Assembly (NCBI GenBank): GCA_035686185.1
Contig: DASRZR010000429.1
Coordinates: forward strand, 1-36,987
Direction of reading: 5' to 3'
Length of the DNA: 36,987 nt
DNA from: Spirochaetia bacterium
GTDB lineage: Bacteria; Spirochaetota; Spirochaetia; SZUA-6; Fen-1364
Part shown: positions 9,586 through 19,171 of the stretch, piece by piece
Layout: each line of letters starts with the position of its first letter
Position numbering within the stretch: position 1 is the stretch's first letter
Program-made: the position numbers and the translations under genes
Notes under the pieces: model-generated
Told to the model about the DNA's origin: nothing
Seen by the model: the letters and a program-made list of their open reading frames with translations, nothing else
Database searches by the model: none

Positions 9586-10344
9586 ATGAGGATGATGCTG
9601 GTCGCGGTAGCGGTGGGGGCGATGTCCCTCGCGGGGATACCGTGGCTTTGTGCGGATGGCGTGCCAGTTGACTCGGGATCCGTCATAGAGATCCGGCTGC
9701 CGCAAGGCGTGCTGATTCCCGACCAGCCCGGGGACTGGACGTTCCAGGGTGTCCTCACCGTGGGACCGTCCCTGGATGCGGACGGGATCTCCGAGACCGT
9801 GGCGGACGCGTTCCGGTCCCTGTTCATGGTTCCCGTGGCAAGCGGAGATCTCCCCGCGACCGCGGATGTCCGCCACGGGTCCCACCTCGCCCGTGCGAGG
9901 TCGCTCCTCCTCTCCGGGGACGCGTCCGGTGCCCGATTCCAGCTCGAGGAGGCGCTGGATGGCGCTTCCTGGTCAGACCTGCCGGAGCTGCGCTTCACGC
10001 TGGCCTCCGCGCTCGCGCTGGGCGGAGACCTTGCGGAAGCCCGTCACCAGTTGTCTCTTGTTGCGCCGGGCCCCTCGGACGGCTGGGCACCTGACTTCGC
10101 GCTCCTGAAGTCGGCCCTTCTCCTGGACAACTCCGACTACACCGGGGAGATTGCCTGCCTCGATCAGTGGTCACCGAAGCTCAAGAACGACCCCCCGCGC
10201 TCGTCCCTGTACCACTTCCTGAGGGCGCTCGGTGACCGCGGCATGCATGACGCCGCGGCGGAGAAGCGGGAGCTGCTCCGGGTCCGTGCGCCCTCTGACA
10301 CCGCGTTGGGGGCCACCGCGGCATCCCTGCTCGGCGACCTCTGA
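9586..10344 (+). CDS. Hypothetical secreted protein (helical-repeat-like C-terminal half)
   Basis: ATG 9586 is preceded by GGGAGGG and a TATATT box at 9553-9558. Hydrophobic N-terminus MRMMLVAVAVGAMSLAG. No family recognised. Third-position GC is somewhat lower than in neighbours. Confidence 0.45.
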   Translation: MRMMLVAVAVGAMSLAGIPWLCADGVPVDSGSVIEIRLPQGVLIPDQPGDWTFQGVLTVGPSLDADGISETVADAFRSLFMVPVASGDLPATADVRHGSHLARARSLLLSGDASGARFQLEEALDGASWSDLPELRFTLASALALGGDLAEARHQLSLVAPGPSDGWAPDFALLKSALLLDNSDYTGEIACLDQWSPKLKNDPPRSSLYHFLRALGDRGMHDAAAEKRELLRVRAPSDTALGATAASLLGDL

Positions 10345-10375
10345 CCGGGTCCGCGCGGCGGCGGTTCTTCCAGGG

Positions 10376-11080
10376 CTATTTTCGCGTGTTCGACTGATCG
10401 GGGCGGCCCACGAGCCGGCACAGCCGGCGGAGGTTCTCCGGCAGCGGCGCCTTTGCGTCGAACAGGGAAGAGCTTCCCGCAACGAGCACCCGCGCGCCGG
10501 CCTCCACCATGCGCGGGATGTTGTCCCAGCTCACATTCCCGTCCACCTCGATCTCGATGTCCAGGCCGCGGGCTGACACGAGGTTCGCGAGCTCCCGCAC
10601 CTTCTCCAGCGTGGAAGGCACGAGCTTCTGCCCGGCGTAGCCGGGGTTCACCGTCATCACGCACACGAGGCTCACGAACGGCAGCATCTCGGTGACCGCG
10701 GAAAGCGGCATTGCCGGGTCGATGGCGATGCCGGCCCGGGCGCCGTGGCTGCGGATCAGGTCCAGCGTGCGCAGCGGATGGCGGGAAGTCTCCGGGTGGA
10801 TGGCGACCACCGCGTTGGGAAACGCGGCAAAGGATGGCACGTGCCGGTCCGGCAGGTCGATCATGAGATGGATGTCCAGGGGAAGCCGTGAACCGCGCGC
10901 CAGCGCCCGGCAGAAATCAGGTCCCAGCGTGAAGTTCGGGACGTAGCTGCCATCCATGACGTCCACGTGCAGGTAGTCCGCGCCTCCGGCCTCCAGCGCC
11001 TCCAGGTCCGCGGCGAGGTGGAGAAGGTCCGCGCACATCAGGGACGGGGAGATGCGGACGGGACGAGCCTCCGGGCTCAC
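10376..11080 (-). CDS. Ribulose-phosphate 3-epimerase family protein (RPE / allulose-6-phosphate 3-epimerase-like)
   Basis: RISPSLMCADLLHL, YLHVDVMDGSYVPNFTLG, DIHLM, MTVNPGYAGQK and EVDGNV motifs. GTG start overlaps the upstream stop (GTGA at 11077-11080). An alternative GTG is at 11086. Confidence 0.8.
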   Translation of the reverse strand: MSPEARPVRISPSLMCADLLHLAADLEALEAGGADYLHVDVMDGSYVPNFTLGPDFCRALARGSRLPLDIHLMIDLPDRHVPSFAAFPNAVVAIHPETSRHPLRTLDLIRSHGARAGIAIDPAMPLSAVTEMLPFVSLVCVMTVNPGYAGQKLVPSTLEKVRELANLVSARGLDIEIEVDGNVSWDNIPRMVEAGARVLVAGSSSLFDAKAPLPENLRRLCRLVGRPDQSNTRK

Positions 11081-12138
11081 GACCACGCCGCCTTCTCGCC
11101 GTGGGGCGCCACGACCACCTTCAGTCCGGCCCGGGACTCGTGGTATGCGAACGCGTCCGCCGTCTTCTCCAGCGGGAAGACCGCGGATACGTACTTCTTT
11201 GCCTGGACGGCCCCGCGGGCAATCAGGTCCACGGCCACCCGGTGGTGCCGGGGCAGCGAGCCGTGGCTGCCCATCACGAAGCATTCCTTGTAGTGAATGA
11301 GATTGGAGTCGAAACTGAGCTTCGGCTGGTTCTTCAGCCCGCCGAAAAGGTTCACGTAGCCGCGGTGGGCCACCATGCGGATGGCGTCCTCGTGGGCCTG
11401 GACGCTTCCCGCGGTGGTGATGGCGAGGTCCACGCCCTGCCCGCCGGTCTCCTTCATCACGGTGTCCACGAGGTCTTCTTCCTCCGTGGCGATGAACCGG
11501 GCCTCCGGAAGGAACTGGCGGGCCATGTCCAGCCGCGCCCGGGACCGCTGGGCGGCGAACACGCGGGAGGCGCCGAACACCCGGCTCAGCTCCAGCATCA
11601 TGCAGCCGATCGGGCCCAGGCCGATGATGCAGATGCTCTTCCCGATCCCGAACCGGGCGAGCTCCAGGCCGTTCAGCGCGCAGGCCAGCGGCTCCGCGAT
11701 GGCCGCCTCCGCGTACGCAAGCCCCTCCGGGATGGGCGTCACGGGTCCGTAGTTCAGCGTGGTGGCGTTCAGGAGCATGCGCTGCTGGAAGCCGCCGGGG
11801 AACTGGTAGCCGATGGCGTAGTTGATGGCGCAGTTCGTGCCCCGGTCCGTGGTGCACCACGTGCACGTGCCGCACGGGACGTCCGCGCCCAGCGCGATCC
11901 GCTGGCCTTCCTTCACGCGGGTGACGCCGCGCCCGATCTTCACGATCCGACCGGCGATCTCGTGCCCGATGACGGCCGGCGGCTTCACCCGGTCGTTGCC
12001 GTAGTGGAAGATGCGGATGTCGGAGCCGCACACGGCGCATGCGTCCACTTCGAGCACGGCTTCTCCCTCGCCGCACACGGGCTCGGGGACGTCCTTCACC
12101 TGAAGGGTGTTCAATGCCTGGAGAACCGCTGCCGTCAT
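11077..12138 (-). CDS. Zn-dependent alcohol/polyol dehydrogenase (MDR family, sorbitol/threonine dehydrogenase-like)
   Basis: CGSD…GHEIAGRIV catalytic Zn motif, structural Zn cluster CGTCTWCTTDRGTNC and Rossmann IIGLGPIG. AAGGAG lies 4 nt upstream of the ATG. Confidence 0.85.
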   Translation of the reverse strand: MTAAVLQALNTLQVKDVPEPVCGEGEAVLEVDACAVCGSDIRIFHYGNDRVKPPAVIGHEIAGRIVKIGRGVTRVKEGQRIALGADVPCGTCTWCTTDRGTNCAINYAIGYQFPGGFQQRMLLNATTLNYGPVTPIPEGLAYAEAAIAEPLACALNGLELARFGIGKSICIIGLGPIGCMMLELSRVFGASRVFAAQRSRARLDMARQFLPEARFIATEEEDLVDTVMKETGGQGVDLAITTAGSVQAHEDAIRMVAHRGYVNLFGGLKNQPKLSFDSNLIHYKECFVMGSHGSLPRHHRVAVDLIARGAVQAKKYVSAVFPLEKTADAFAYHESRAGLKVVVAPHGEKAAWS

Positions 12139-12206
12139 GTCTGCTCCTTGGGGTTCGTCAGTATAGTCCCTTGATCCCGCGAGGGGAAGCAGGTACGGTA
12201 GGGGAA

Positions 12207-13259
12207 ATGAAAGCTCTCGTGCTGACCCGTGACACGGTCGTGGAGTATCGCGACGTTGCGGACCCCGTGCGTCCCGGACCCGGATGGGCGCTGATCCGGG
12301 TGGAGTTCTCCGGGATCTGCGCCTCCGACCTGCACCGCGGCTTTGAGGGCGGCGCGTACCACTACCCGCTCATCATGGGGCACGAGTTCGCCGGCACCGT
12401 GGAGGAGCCCGCCGACGGAGGCCGGTTCCCGCGCGGCGCCCGGGTGGCGGTGTTCCCCCTCATCCCGTGCCGCCGCTGCCTCCCCTGCCAGACCGGTGAC
12501 TTTGCGCAGTGCACGGACTACGACTACCTCGGGTCGCGCCGGGACGGCGCGTTCGCCGAGCGCGTGTGGGCGCCGGAGGCGAACCTGTTCGCCGTGCCGG
12601 ACGGCGTGAGCCTCCGGGACGCGGCCATGACCGAGCCGTGCGCCGTGGCGCTGCACGGCGTGGGGAAGCTCTCCATCCAGGCCGGGGACATCGGCGCGGT
12701 CTTTGGCGCCGGGCCCATCGGGAACATGGCGGCGCAGTGGATGCGACGGCGCGGATGCCAGACGGTGTTCATGGTGGATATCGACGACCGCAAGCTCGCC
12801 CTTGCCGCGGAGATGGGATTCTCCGCCATCGATTCCCGCGCCGGGGACCCCGTGGAGCAGATCCGCGCCGCCACCGGCGGCCGGGGCGCGGACCGGGTGG
12901 TGGAGGCTATCGGCCTGCCGCTCACGTTCCTGCAGGCCGTGCAGGCCGGCGCGCGCTTCGCGGAGGTGGTGTTCCTTGGCAACATCCGCGGGACGTTCCA
13001 GATCGGGGAGAAGGACTTCTCCTCCATCCTGAGGCGGGAGCTCACCATTCGCGGCACGTGGAACTCCCGCGTGGTACCGGAGTCCCGCAACGAGTGGACC
13101 ACGGTGCTCTCTCACCTTGGCGCGGGCATGGACGTGTCCCGGCTCGTGAGCCACACGCCGCCCCTGTCCGAGGGGGCCGACATCTTCCGCCGCATGCTCG
13201 GGCGCCGGGAGTTCTTCGCCAAGGTCGTCTTTTCCGCCCGGGAAGGCTCCCGCTCGTGA
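12207..13259 (+). CDS. Zn-dependent polyol(-phosphate) dehydrogenase (MDR family, GatD/galactitol-1-phosphate 5-dehydrogenase-like)
   Basis: CASD…GHEFAGTV, CRRCLPCQTGDFAQC and VFGAGPIG. Starts MKALVLTRD at ATG 12207. Confidence 0.85.
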   Translation: MKALVLTRDTVVEYRDVADPVRPGPGWALIRVEFSGICASDLHRGFEGGAYHYPLIMGHEFAGTVEEPADGGRFPRGARVAVFPLIPCRRCLPCQTGDFAQCTDYDYLGSRRDGAFAERVWAPEANLFAVPDGVSLRDAAMTEPCAVALHGVGKLSIQAGDIGAVFGAGPIGNMAAQWMRRRGCQTVFMVDIDDRKLALAAEMGFSAIDSRAGDPVEQIRAATGGRGADRVVEAIGLPLTFLQAVQAGARFAEVVFLGNIRGTFQIGEKDFSSILRRELTIRGTWNSRVVPESRNEWTTVLSHLGAGMDVSRLVSHTPPLSEGADIFRRMLGRREFFAKVVFSAREGSRS

Positions 13260-14179
13260 AGCTGCACCTCGGGGTCAAGAGTGACTGCATCGAATCCCGC
13301 TACAGCTTCGACTGGCTGTTCGACCTGATGAGGGGCTGCGGCGTGAACCGCCTGCAGATGGGGACCTCGTTCGTCGTGCTCGACGCGCCGGACGACTACT
13401 TCCGCGGGCTGCGCCGCGCCGCCGAGGCGAAGCAGATCCTCATCTCCAGCATGTTCACTTCCCACCGGGAGCTGGGCTTCGGCGCGGAGGACCCCCGCCT
13501 GGACGTGGTGGTGCGCCGGGGATGGGAGAAGGCCATCCACGCGGCCTCGCTGCTGGGCGCGGAGAGCTTCGGCTCCAACGCGTCCATCGTCCTGCGCGAC
13601 CGGCCGCGGACCCGGGAGGAAGGGCTACGGACCTTCACGGCGAACATGAAGGAGCTGCTGGGCATCGCCCACCGGGAGGGCCTGGCCGCCCTGACGCTGG
13701 AGCCCATGTCCTCCATCTACGAGCTGCCTTCCACGCCGGAGGACATCCGCGGGCTCCTGGAGGAGTTCGACGGCTTCCACGGCTCGCACCCGCGCTCCAC
13801 GGTACCGCTTCAGCTCTGCGGTGACATCTCCCACGGACTGGCGGACGCGGACGGCCGGGTGGTGCACGACAACTGGAGCCTGTTCGAGCTGGAAGTCCCG
13901 TGGATGCGGGAGTTCCACTTCAAGAACACGGACGCGATGTTCAATTCCACGTTCGGCTTCGGCCCCGGTGAACGGGAAAAGGGAATCGTGGATCTGGACC
14001 GCCTGGCCGCCGTGATCCACGCGCAGGACGGCCACTTCCCCCGCAAGGAAATCACGGGGTATCTTGAGATTCCCGGACCGAAGCTGGGACGAGACTACAC
14101 CGATCCCCACCTCGAGCGCATGCTCGTGGAATCACTGCAGGCCCTCAGGGCCGCCTTCGACCAGGAGGGTACGACATGA
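13256..14179 (+). CDS. Sugar (phosphate) isomerase/epimerase, xylose-isomerase-like TIM barrel
   Basis: GTG 13256 overlaps the upstream stop (GTGA). 307 aa with TIM-barrel family features (…LTLEPMS…, …REFHFKNTD…). Substrate not inferable. Confidence 0.65.
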   Translation: MKLHLGVKSDCIESRYSFDWLFDLMRGCGVNRLQMGTSFVVLDAPDDYFRGLRRAAEAKQILISSMFTSHRELGFGAEDPRLDVVVRRGWEKAIHAASLLGAESFGSNASIVLRDRPRTREEGLRTFTANMKELLGIAHREGLAALTLEPMSSIYELPSTPEDIRGLLEEFDGFHGSHPRSTVPLQLCGDISHGLADADGRVVHDNWSLFELEVPWMREFHFKNTDAMFNSTFGFGPGEREKGIVDLDRLAAVIHAQDGHFPRKEITGYLEIPGPKLGRDYTDPHLERMLVESLQALRAAFDQEGTT

Positions 14180-15681
14180 TCAACCTGAAGAAGCTGGAAG
14201 CTTGGTTCGTCACCGGAAGCCAGGGCCTCTACGGCAAGGAAACGCTCGACAAGGTGGCGGAGCACGCCCAGGAAATCGCGCGGGAGCTCAACGCCTCCTC
14301 CGTCATGCCGGTGACGGTCGTGTTCAAGCCGGTCGTGACCTCCCCGGAGGCCATCCTCCAGGTCTGCCGGGAGGCCAACGGCGCGCCGAACTGCATCGGG
14401 CTGATCACCTGGATGCACACGTTCTCCCCGGCCAAGATGTGGATCGCCGGGCTTTCCGCGCTCACGAAGCCGTTCGCGCACCTCCATACCCAGTACAACC
14501 GGGACATCCCATGGTCGGCCATCGACATGGACTTCATGAACCTGAACCAGTCCGCCCATGGAGACCGTGAGTATGGGTTCATCGGCACCCGGATGCGGCG
14601 GGAGCGCAAGGTCATCGTCGGTCACTGGAAGGAGCCGGACGTCCAGCAGGAGCTCGCGGACTGGATGCGCGTGGCAAGCGCCTGGCACGACTGGCAGAGC
14701 CTGCGCGTGGCGCGCATCGGCGACAACATGCGGGAAGTAGCGGTCACGGAAGGTGACAAGGTGGAGGCCCAGATCAAGTTCGGCTACGCCGTGAACGGCT
14801 ACGGGATCGGGGACCTCGTGGACCGCGTCCGCGCGGTCACGGACGCGGAAGCGGAGAAGACGCTCGGCGAGTACGACGCGCAGTACGAGGTGGGCAAGGA
14901 CCTTCGGGCCGGCGGCGCTCACCGAGCGGCGCTCAAGGAGTCCGCGCACATCGAGGCGGGCATGCGCCATTTCCTCGCGGACACTGGCGCGAACGCCTTC
15001 ACCACGTGTTTCGAGGACCTGCACGACATCGCCCAGCTTCCCGGGCTCGCCGTGCAGCGGCTGATGGCGGACGGGTACGGGTTCGGCGCGGAAGGGGACT
15101 GGAAGACCTCCGCGCTCGTGCGCGCCATGAAGGTGATGTCCCTCGGCAGGAAGGGCGGCACGTCGTTCATGGAAGACTACACCTACCACCTGGACCCGAA
15201 AGGCGCGAAGGTGCTCGGCGCCCACATGCTGGAAGTGTGCCCGTCTCTGGCGGAAGGCAAACCCAGCCTGGAAATGCACCCGCTGGGAATCGGGGGCAAG
15301 GCCGACCCGGCTCGCCTCGTGTTCACCGCGGCGAAAGGCCCGGCCCTCAACGCCACGATCATCGACATGGGAACCCGGTTCCGCCTCGTGGTGAACGAGG
15401 TGGACGTGGTGGCTCCGGACGCGCCGCTGCCGAAGCTCCCCGTGGCCCGGGCGCTGTGGGTCCCTCGGCCGAACCTCAAGGTGGCGGCCGCCGCGTGGAT
15501 CCACGCCGGCGGGGCGCACCACTCGGTGTTCAGCTATTCGGTGAGCGCCGACCTGCTGTCCGACTTCGCCGACATGGCCGGCATCGAATGCGTGCAGATC
15601 AACGGGAAGACCGACCTGGCGGAGTTCCGCAAGGAGCTTCGCTGGAACGCCGCCTACTGGCACCTCGCCCAGAGGGCATAG
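14176..15681 (+). CDS. araA: L-arabinose isomerase
   Basis: 501 aa. N-terminus …[14 protein letters not shown]…, then [63 protein letters not shown] and [13 protein letters not shown] overlap with the upstream gene, with GGAGGG SD. Confidence 0.95.
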   Translation: MINLKKLEAWFVTGSQGLYGKETLDKVAEHAQEIARELNASSVMPVTVVFKPVVTSPEAILQVCREANGAPNCIGLITWMHTFSPAKMWIAGLSALTKPFAHLHTQYNRDIPWSAIDMDFMNLNQSAHGDREYGFIGTRMRRERKVIVGHWKEPDVQQELADWMRVASAWHDWQSLRVARIGDNMREVAVTEGDKVEAQIKFGYAVNGYGIGDLVDRVRAVTDAEAEKTLGEYDAQYEVGKDLRAGGAHRAALKESAHIEAGMRHFLADTGANAFTTCFEDLHDIAQLPGLAVQRLMADGYGFGAEGDWKTSALVRAMKVMSLGRKGGTSFMEDYTYHLDPKGAKVLGAHMLEVCPSLAEGKPSLEMHPLGIGGKADPARLVFTAAKGPALNATIIDMGTRFRLVVNEVDVVAPDAPLPKLPVARALWVPRPNLKVAAAAWIHAGGAHHSVFSYSVSADLLSDFADMAGIECVQINGKTDLAEFRKELRWNAAYWHLAQRA

Positions 15682-15691
15682 AGCCGTACCC

Positions 15692-16549
15692 CTACGCGCC
15701 GGCGCTGCCGCCGCCCACCCGGACGCGGACTTCCACGTTCATCGGGTCGCCGGCGCGCAGGGCGCCGGCGTCCCTTTCGAACGACACGCCGGCCGCGCCC
15801 AGGCTGTGCGCAATCCGGTCCACGTCCTCGGCCCGCGGCACCCGTATCTCGAAGGAATCGATCCCCGTGGAGCCGGCAGGAGCGGGCGCGGCTCCGCGGG
15901 AGGCCCAGCTGTTCAGTCCCAGGTGGTGGTGGTAGCCGCCCGCGCTCAGGAACGCGGCGCCGCTCCACGAGGCAGTCACGTCAAAGCCGATCAGCTCGTG
16001 ATAGAAGCGCACGGCCTCCGCAACGCTTCCGGCCTGAAGGTGCACGTGGCCGATGCGGGTTCCCGCGGGCATCCTGGCGCTTTCCCCTCCGGCCTCGTCT
16101 CCTTCCCGGAGGATCGATTCCAGGTCCAGCGGCTCCGTGGCCATCTCCACTGCCCCGTTGGTCCACTTCCATTCCGAGCGCGGCCGGTCCCGGTAGATCT
16201 CGATGCCGTTCCCATCCGGGTCCGACAGGTACAGCGCCTCGCTCACGAGGTGATCCGCCTGCCCGATCCCGACCCCTGCCTCCGCGAGCCGCCGCAGCGC
16301 CTTGCCCAGGTCCGCGCGCGTCGGTACGAGCACGGCGACATGGAACAGGCCGGCAGCGCGGGGCGCCGGGCGCGCTCCCGGCACCTCCCGCAGGATCACC
16401 AGCGGGGAGCCTCCGGGTGCCCCGAGCGCCGGCAGGCCGTCCACGTCCGGCACCCGCTGCAGTCCGATCACCTCCTGGTAGAACGAGGCAGCACCGCCGG
16501 CATCGGCCACCCTCAGCGTCACCGGTCCAAGCTCCGTGGCGGCGTCCAT
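15692..16549 (-). CDS. Two-domain VOC family protein (glyoxalase / extradiol dioxygenase-like)
   Basis: Two beta-alpha-beta-beta-beta modules (…LRVADAGGAASFYQEVIGL… and …HVHLQAGSVAEAVRFYHELIGF…) with GGYHHHLGLN. Start supported by TACCTT-N6-ATG. Confidence 0.75.
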   Translation of the reverse strand: MDAATELGPVTLRVADAGGAASFYQEVIGLQRVPDVDGLPALGAPGGSPLVILREVPGARPAPRAAGLFHVAVLVPTRADLGKALRRLAEAGVGIGQADHLVSEALYLSDPDGNGIEIYRDRPRSEWKWTNGAVEMATEPLDLESILREGDEAGGESARMPAGTRIGHVHLQAGSVAEAVRFYHELIGFDVTASWSGAAFLSAGGYHHHLGLNSWASRGAAPAPAGSTGIDSFEIRVPRAEDVDRIAHSLGAAGVSFERDAGALRAGDPMNVEVRVRVGGGSAGA

Positions 16550-16622
16550 TCCTGCAAGGTAGGGACCGCCGGTCCAACGGGCAAGTCTTTTTGAGTATCT
16601 TGGTCTTACGGGAGAAAAACTG

Positions 16623-17861
16623 ATGAAGACGCTGGAGCACCGCGCGGCAGAGCGCGTCAGGGATTTCGTGATGGAGAAGGCGGCTGCCACGACCGCGGTG
16701 GGGGCGGCCCGACCGGACCCCTTCTGGAAAGGCCTGCGGGACGTGGGAACACGCCTGTGGCTGGACACCGGGGACCGGGAGGCGGCGGAAAAGCTGTGGA
16801 CGCCGGAGTTCAGCGGGCTCACGACGAACAACACGCTCCTGAACCGGGAGATCCAGAAGGGCATCTACGACGCCATTGTCCGTGAAGCCTCCCGGCTCCT
16901 GGAGGACATGGACACGGAGCAGCGCGTGATAGAGACCGCCTTCATCCTCAACGCGCTGCACGGCCAGCGCCTGGTGAGGACCTTCGGGGCGTCCGTAAGC
17001 GTGGAGCTGCATACCGCCACGGCGAACGACGCGGAGGCCGCGGTGGAGTACGGCAGGCGGTTTGCGGCCATCGATCCGACGCACTTCATTGTGAAGGTCC
17101 CGCTCACGGCCGCCGGGCTCATCGCCACCCGCGCCCTGCGGCAGGAAGGGGTCCCCGTCAACTTCACGCTGGCATTCGGCGCCCGTCAGAACCACGTTGC
17201 CGCGGCGTTCGCGTTCCCCAGCTACGTGAACGTGTTTCTGGGCCGGCTCGGGCAGTTCGTGTCGGAGAACGGGCTCGGGGACGGGGTCCTGGTGGGGGAG
17301 CGTGCCACGATGGCGAGCCAGCGCGAGGTGGCGGCCATCTCCTCCCGTACGGGGCGGCAGACGCTGCAGATCGCCGCGAGCTTTCGTGATGCGCGGCAGG
17401 TGCAGGCCGTTGCCGGCGTGGACGTCATGACGATCCCGGTGGCGACCGCCACGGAAGCCAGGGCCCGCCTTTCCGGCTCCTGGGAGTCATGCGTGCAACG
17501 GACCTACCCGGTGCAGATCGCGGCGGGCGTGGATGCCGCAGCGCTCCGACTGTCCGCGGCCTGGGACGTGAGCGAGCGGGAAAAGGAGCTTGCTGCCAGC
17601 CTGGAGGCGCGGCCGCCCCGCAGCGCGGAGGACCTTCGCGCGCGGGCCGCCGGCCTGGGGGTACGCGACCTGTTCCCGGAGCTTTCCACAGAGGAGCGTG
17701 CGATCATCGCCAGGGAAGGGAAGATCCCGCGCTACAAGACCTGGGCGGCGCGCATCGCCTCCGGTGAGCTTGCGGTGGACAGCCTGCTGAACGTGGCCGG
17801 CCTTGAGTCATTCACCGCGGACCAGGCGGCGATGGACGCGAGGGTGCGGGGACTGCTCTAG
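16623..17861 (+). CDS. Transaldolase family protein
   Basis: LWLDTGD, GLTTNNTLL and the Schiff-base lysine context FIVKVPLT. SD GGGAG lies 9 nt upstream, with a TATCTT box at 16596-16601. Confidence 0.8.
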   Translation: MKTLEHRAAERVRDFVMEKAAATTAVGAARPDPFWKGLRDVGTRLWLDTGDREAAEKLWTPEFSGLTTNNTLLNREIQKGIYDAIVREASRLLEDMDTEQRVIETAFILNALHGQRLVRTFGASVSVELHTATANDAEAAVEYGRRFAAIDPTHFIVKVPLTAAGLIATRALRQEGVPVNFTLAFGARQNHVAAAFAFPSYVNVFLGRLGQFVSENGLGDGVLVGERATMASQREVAAISSRTGRQTLQIAASFRDARQVQAVAGVDVMTIPVATATEARARLSGSWESCVQRTYPVQIAAGVDAAALRLSAAWDVSEREKELAASLEARPPRSAEDLRARAAGLGVRDLFPELSTEERAIIAREGKIPRYKTWAARIASGELAVDSLLNVAGLESFTADQAAMDARVRGLL

Positions 17862-19033
17862 CGCAGGGACGGTATGGCCACCTTCGGGTCCACGTCGGAG
17901 CCGTAGTCAACCCGCGGGTTGTCGAAGCCGCAGATACGGGAGAGCTCCTCCCGGTAGCCGTTGAAGTCGGCAAGCTCCGGCAGGTTCTCCGTCGTCACCT
18001 GCTGCCATCTCCTGCCCACCTCTGCCTGCACGTCCGGGTCCAGCTCCCGCTCGTCGAGCCGGATGCGGCCCTCCGCGTCAACGGGGACCGCCGCACCCGT
18101 GTACAGCCGCTCCCGGAACAGGCGGTCAATCTGCTCGATGCAGCCTTCGTGCGTGCCGCGTTCCTTCATCACCCGGTACAGGAGCGCGATGTACAGCGGA
18201 ACAAAGGGAATGGCGGCGCTGGCGGTGGTGACCACGGCCTTGTTGACGGCCACCAGGGCCCGGCCGCCGGAGCCGGCAAGCTCGGCGTCCAGCACGTGCG
18301 CCGTGGCTTCCAGGTGCTCCTTGGCCTTGCCGATCGTGCCTTCCCGGTAGATGGGCGCGGTGATCGTGGAGCCGATGTAGGAGTAGGCCACCGTGCGCAC
18401 CCCCGGGGCGAGCAGCCCCGCCTTGCCCAGGGCATCCATCCACAGCTTCCAGTCTTCCCCGCCCATCACGGCCACCGTCCCGGCGATGTCTTCCTCCGTT
18501 GCCGGCGGCACGCTCGTCTCGTAGACCTGGCCGTTCTGCACGTTCACCGTCTTGTTGGTGTAGGGCTTGCCGATGGGGCGCAGCGCGGAGCTGTATGGCC
18601 CGCGTCGGGGCGCCGCCAGGCTGTAGACCACGAGGTCCACCGGGCCGGTATGCTGCCGCAGCAGCTCAAGGGTCTGCTCCTTGATGGCATCGGAGAACGC
18701 GTCCCCGTTGATGCTCCACGCATCCAGCCCCTGCTGGTGGGCGAACTGCTCGAAGAACGCGCTGTTGTACCAGCCGGCGGAGGCGGTGCGGTCATCGTCA
18801 GCGGGCCTCTCGTAGAATACGCCCACGGTGGCCGCCCCGCAGCCGAACGCGGCCGCGATTCGCGAGGAGAGCCCGTATCCGGTGGATGCCCCGAGGATGA
18901 GCGCCTTGCGCGGACCGCCGGCAACCCTGGGCCGGGACCTCATGAAGGTGATCTGCTCCTGCACCAGCTCCTCGCAGCCCTGGGGATGGACGGAGAGACA
19001 CACCGCGCCCCGGATACGTCGTTCTATCAGCAT
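17858..19033 (-). CDS. fabV: Trans-2-enoyl-CoA/ACP reductase (FabV/Ter family)
   Basis: Hallmark N-terminus …RGAVCLSVHPQGCEELVQEQI…KALILGASTGYGLSSRIA, plus YSLAAPRR and …SYIGS…Y…G.IG.AK. Start supported by TATCTT-N6-ATG. Confidence 0.9.
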   Translation of the reverse strand: MLIERRIRGAVCLSVHPQGCEELVQEQITFMRSRPRVAGGPRKALILGASTGYGLSSRIAAAFGCGAATVGVFYERPADDDRTASAGWYNSAFFEQFAHQQGLDAWSINGDAFSDAIKEQTLELLRQHTGPVDLVVYSLAAPRRGPYSSALRPIGKPYTNKTVNVQNGQVYETSVPPATEEDIAGTVAVMGGEDWKLWMDALGKAGLLAPGVRTVAYSYIGSTITAPIYREGTIGKAKEHLEATAHVLDAELAGSGGRALVAVNKAVVTTASAAIPFVPLYIALLYRVMKERGTHEGCIEQIDRLFRERLYTGAAVPVDAEGRIRLDERELDPDVQAEVGRRWQQVTTENLPELADFNGYREELSRICGFDNPRVDYGSDVDPKVAIPSLR

Positions 19034-19136
19034 GGGCTGAAGATAATGCCGCGCCCCCCGAACGGGAAATGGAAGCTGCGGCCACGGGCGGACCCGCTCG
19101 TTGCTCTCCGGGAGGGCCGTCCGGCGTCACGGCTCC

Positions 19137-19165
19137 TTGACAACCCGGCCGTCACTCCGCAGAGT
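19137..19165 (+). promoter_or_regulatory. Candidate promoter of mtnA
   Basis: Consensus TTGACA (19137-19142) - 17 nt - CAGAGT (19160-19165) - 6 nt - GTG 19172. Confidence 0.35.
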
Positions 19166-19171
19166 GGCGCC

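Noticed and set aside
9462-9885. The N-terminal 140 codons of ORF 7522..9885, which would make a 787-aa GH51 protein.
   Set aside because: That extension has no GH51 similarity and runs through the divergent promoter region and into the 9586 gene. The genuine N-terminus (signal peptide plus YGQFIEHLGRSIYGG) is in the neighbouring frame (ORF 9138..9461).
11081-12076. The upstream 330 codons of ORF 10376..12076, which would give a 566-aa epimerase fusion.
   Set aside because: That part overlaps the Zn-dehydrogenase gene out of frame and translates to Arg/Pro/Gly-rich nonsense. RPE similarity starts at RISPSLMCADL, just after the GTG at 11080/11086.
19046-19171. ATG 19046 as the mtnA start (395-aa product).
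   Set aside because: It would leave only 12 nt between the divergent fabV and mtnA starts and would sit immediately adjacent to the fabV -10-like box (19040-19045). It would also add about 40 non-homologous residues. GTG 19172 gives a family-typical N-terminus and has TTGACA-N17-CAGAGT-N6 upstream. This remains uncertain.
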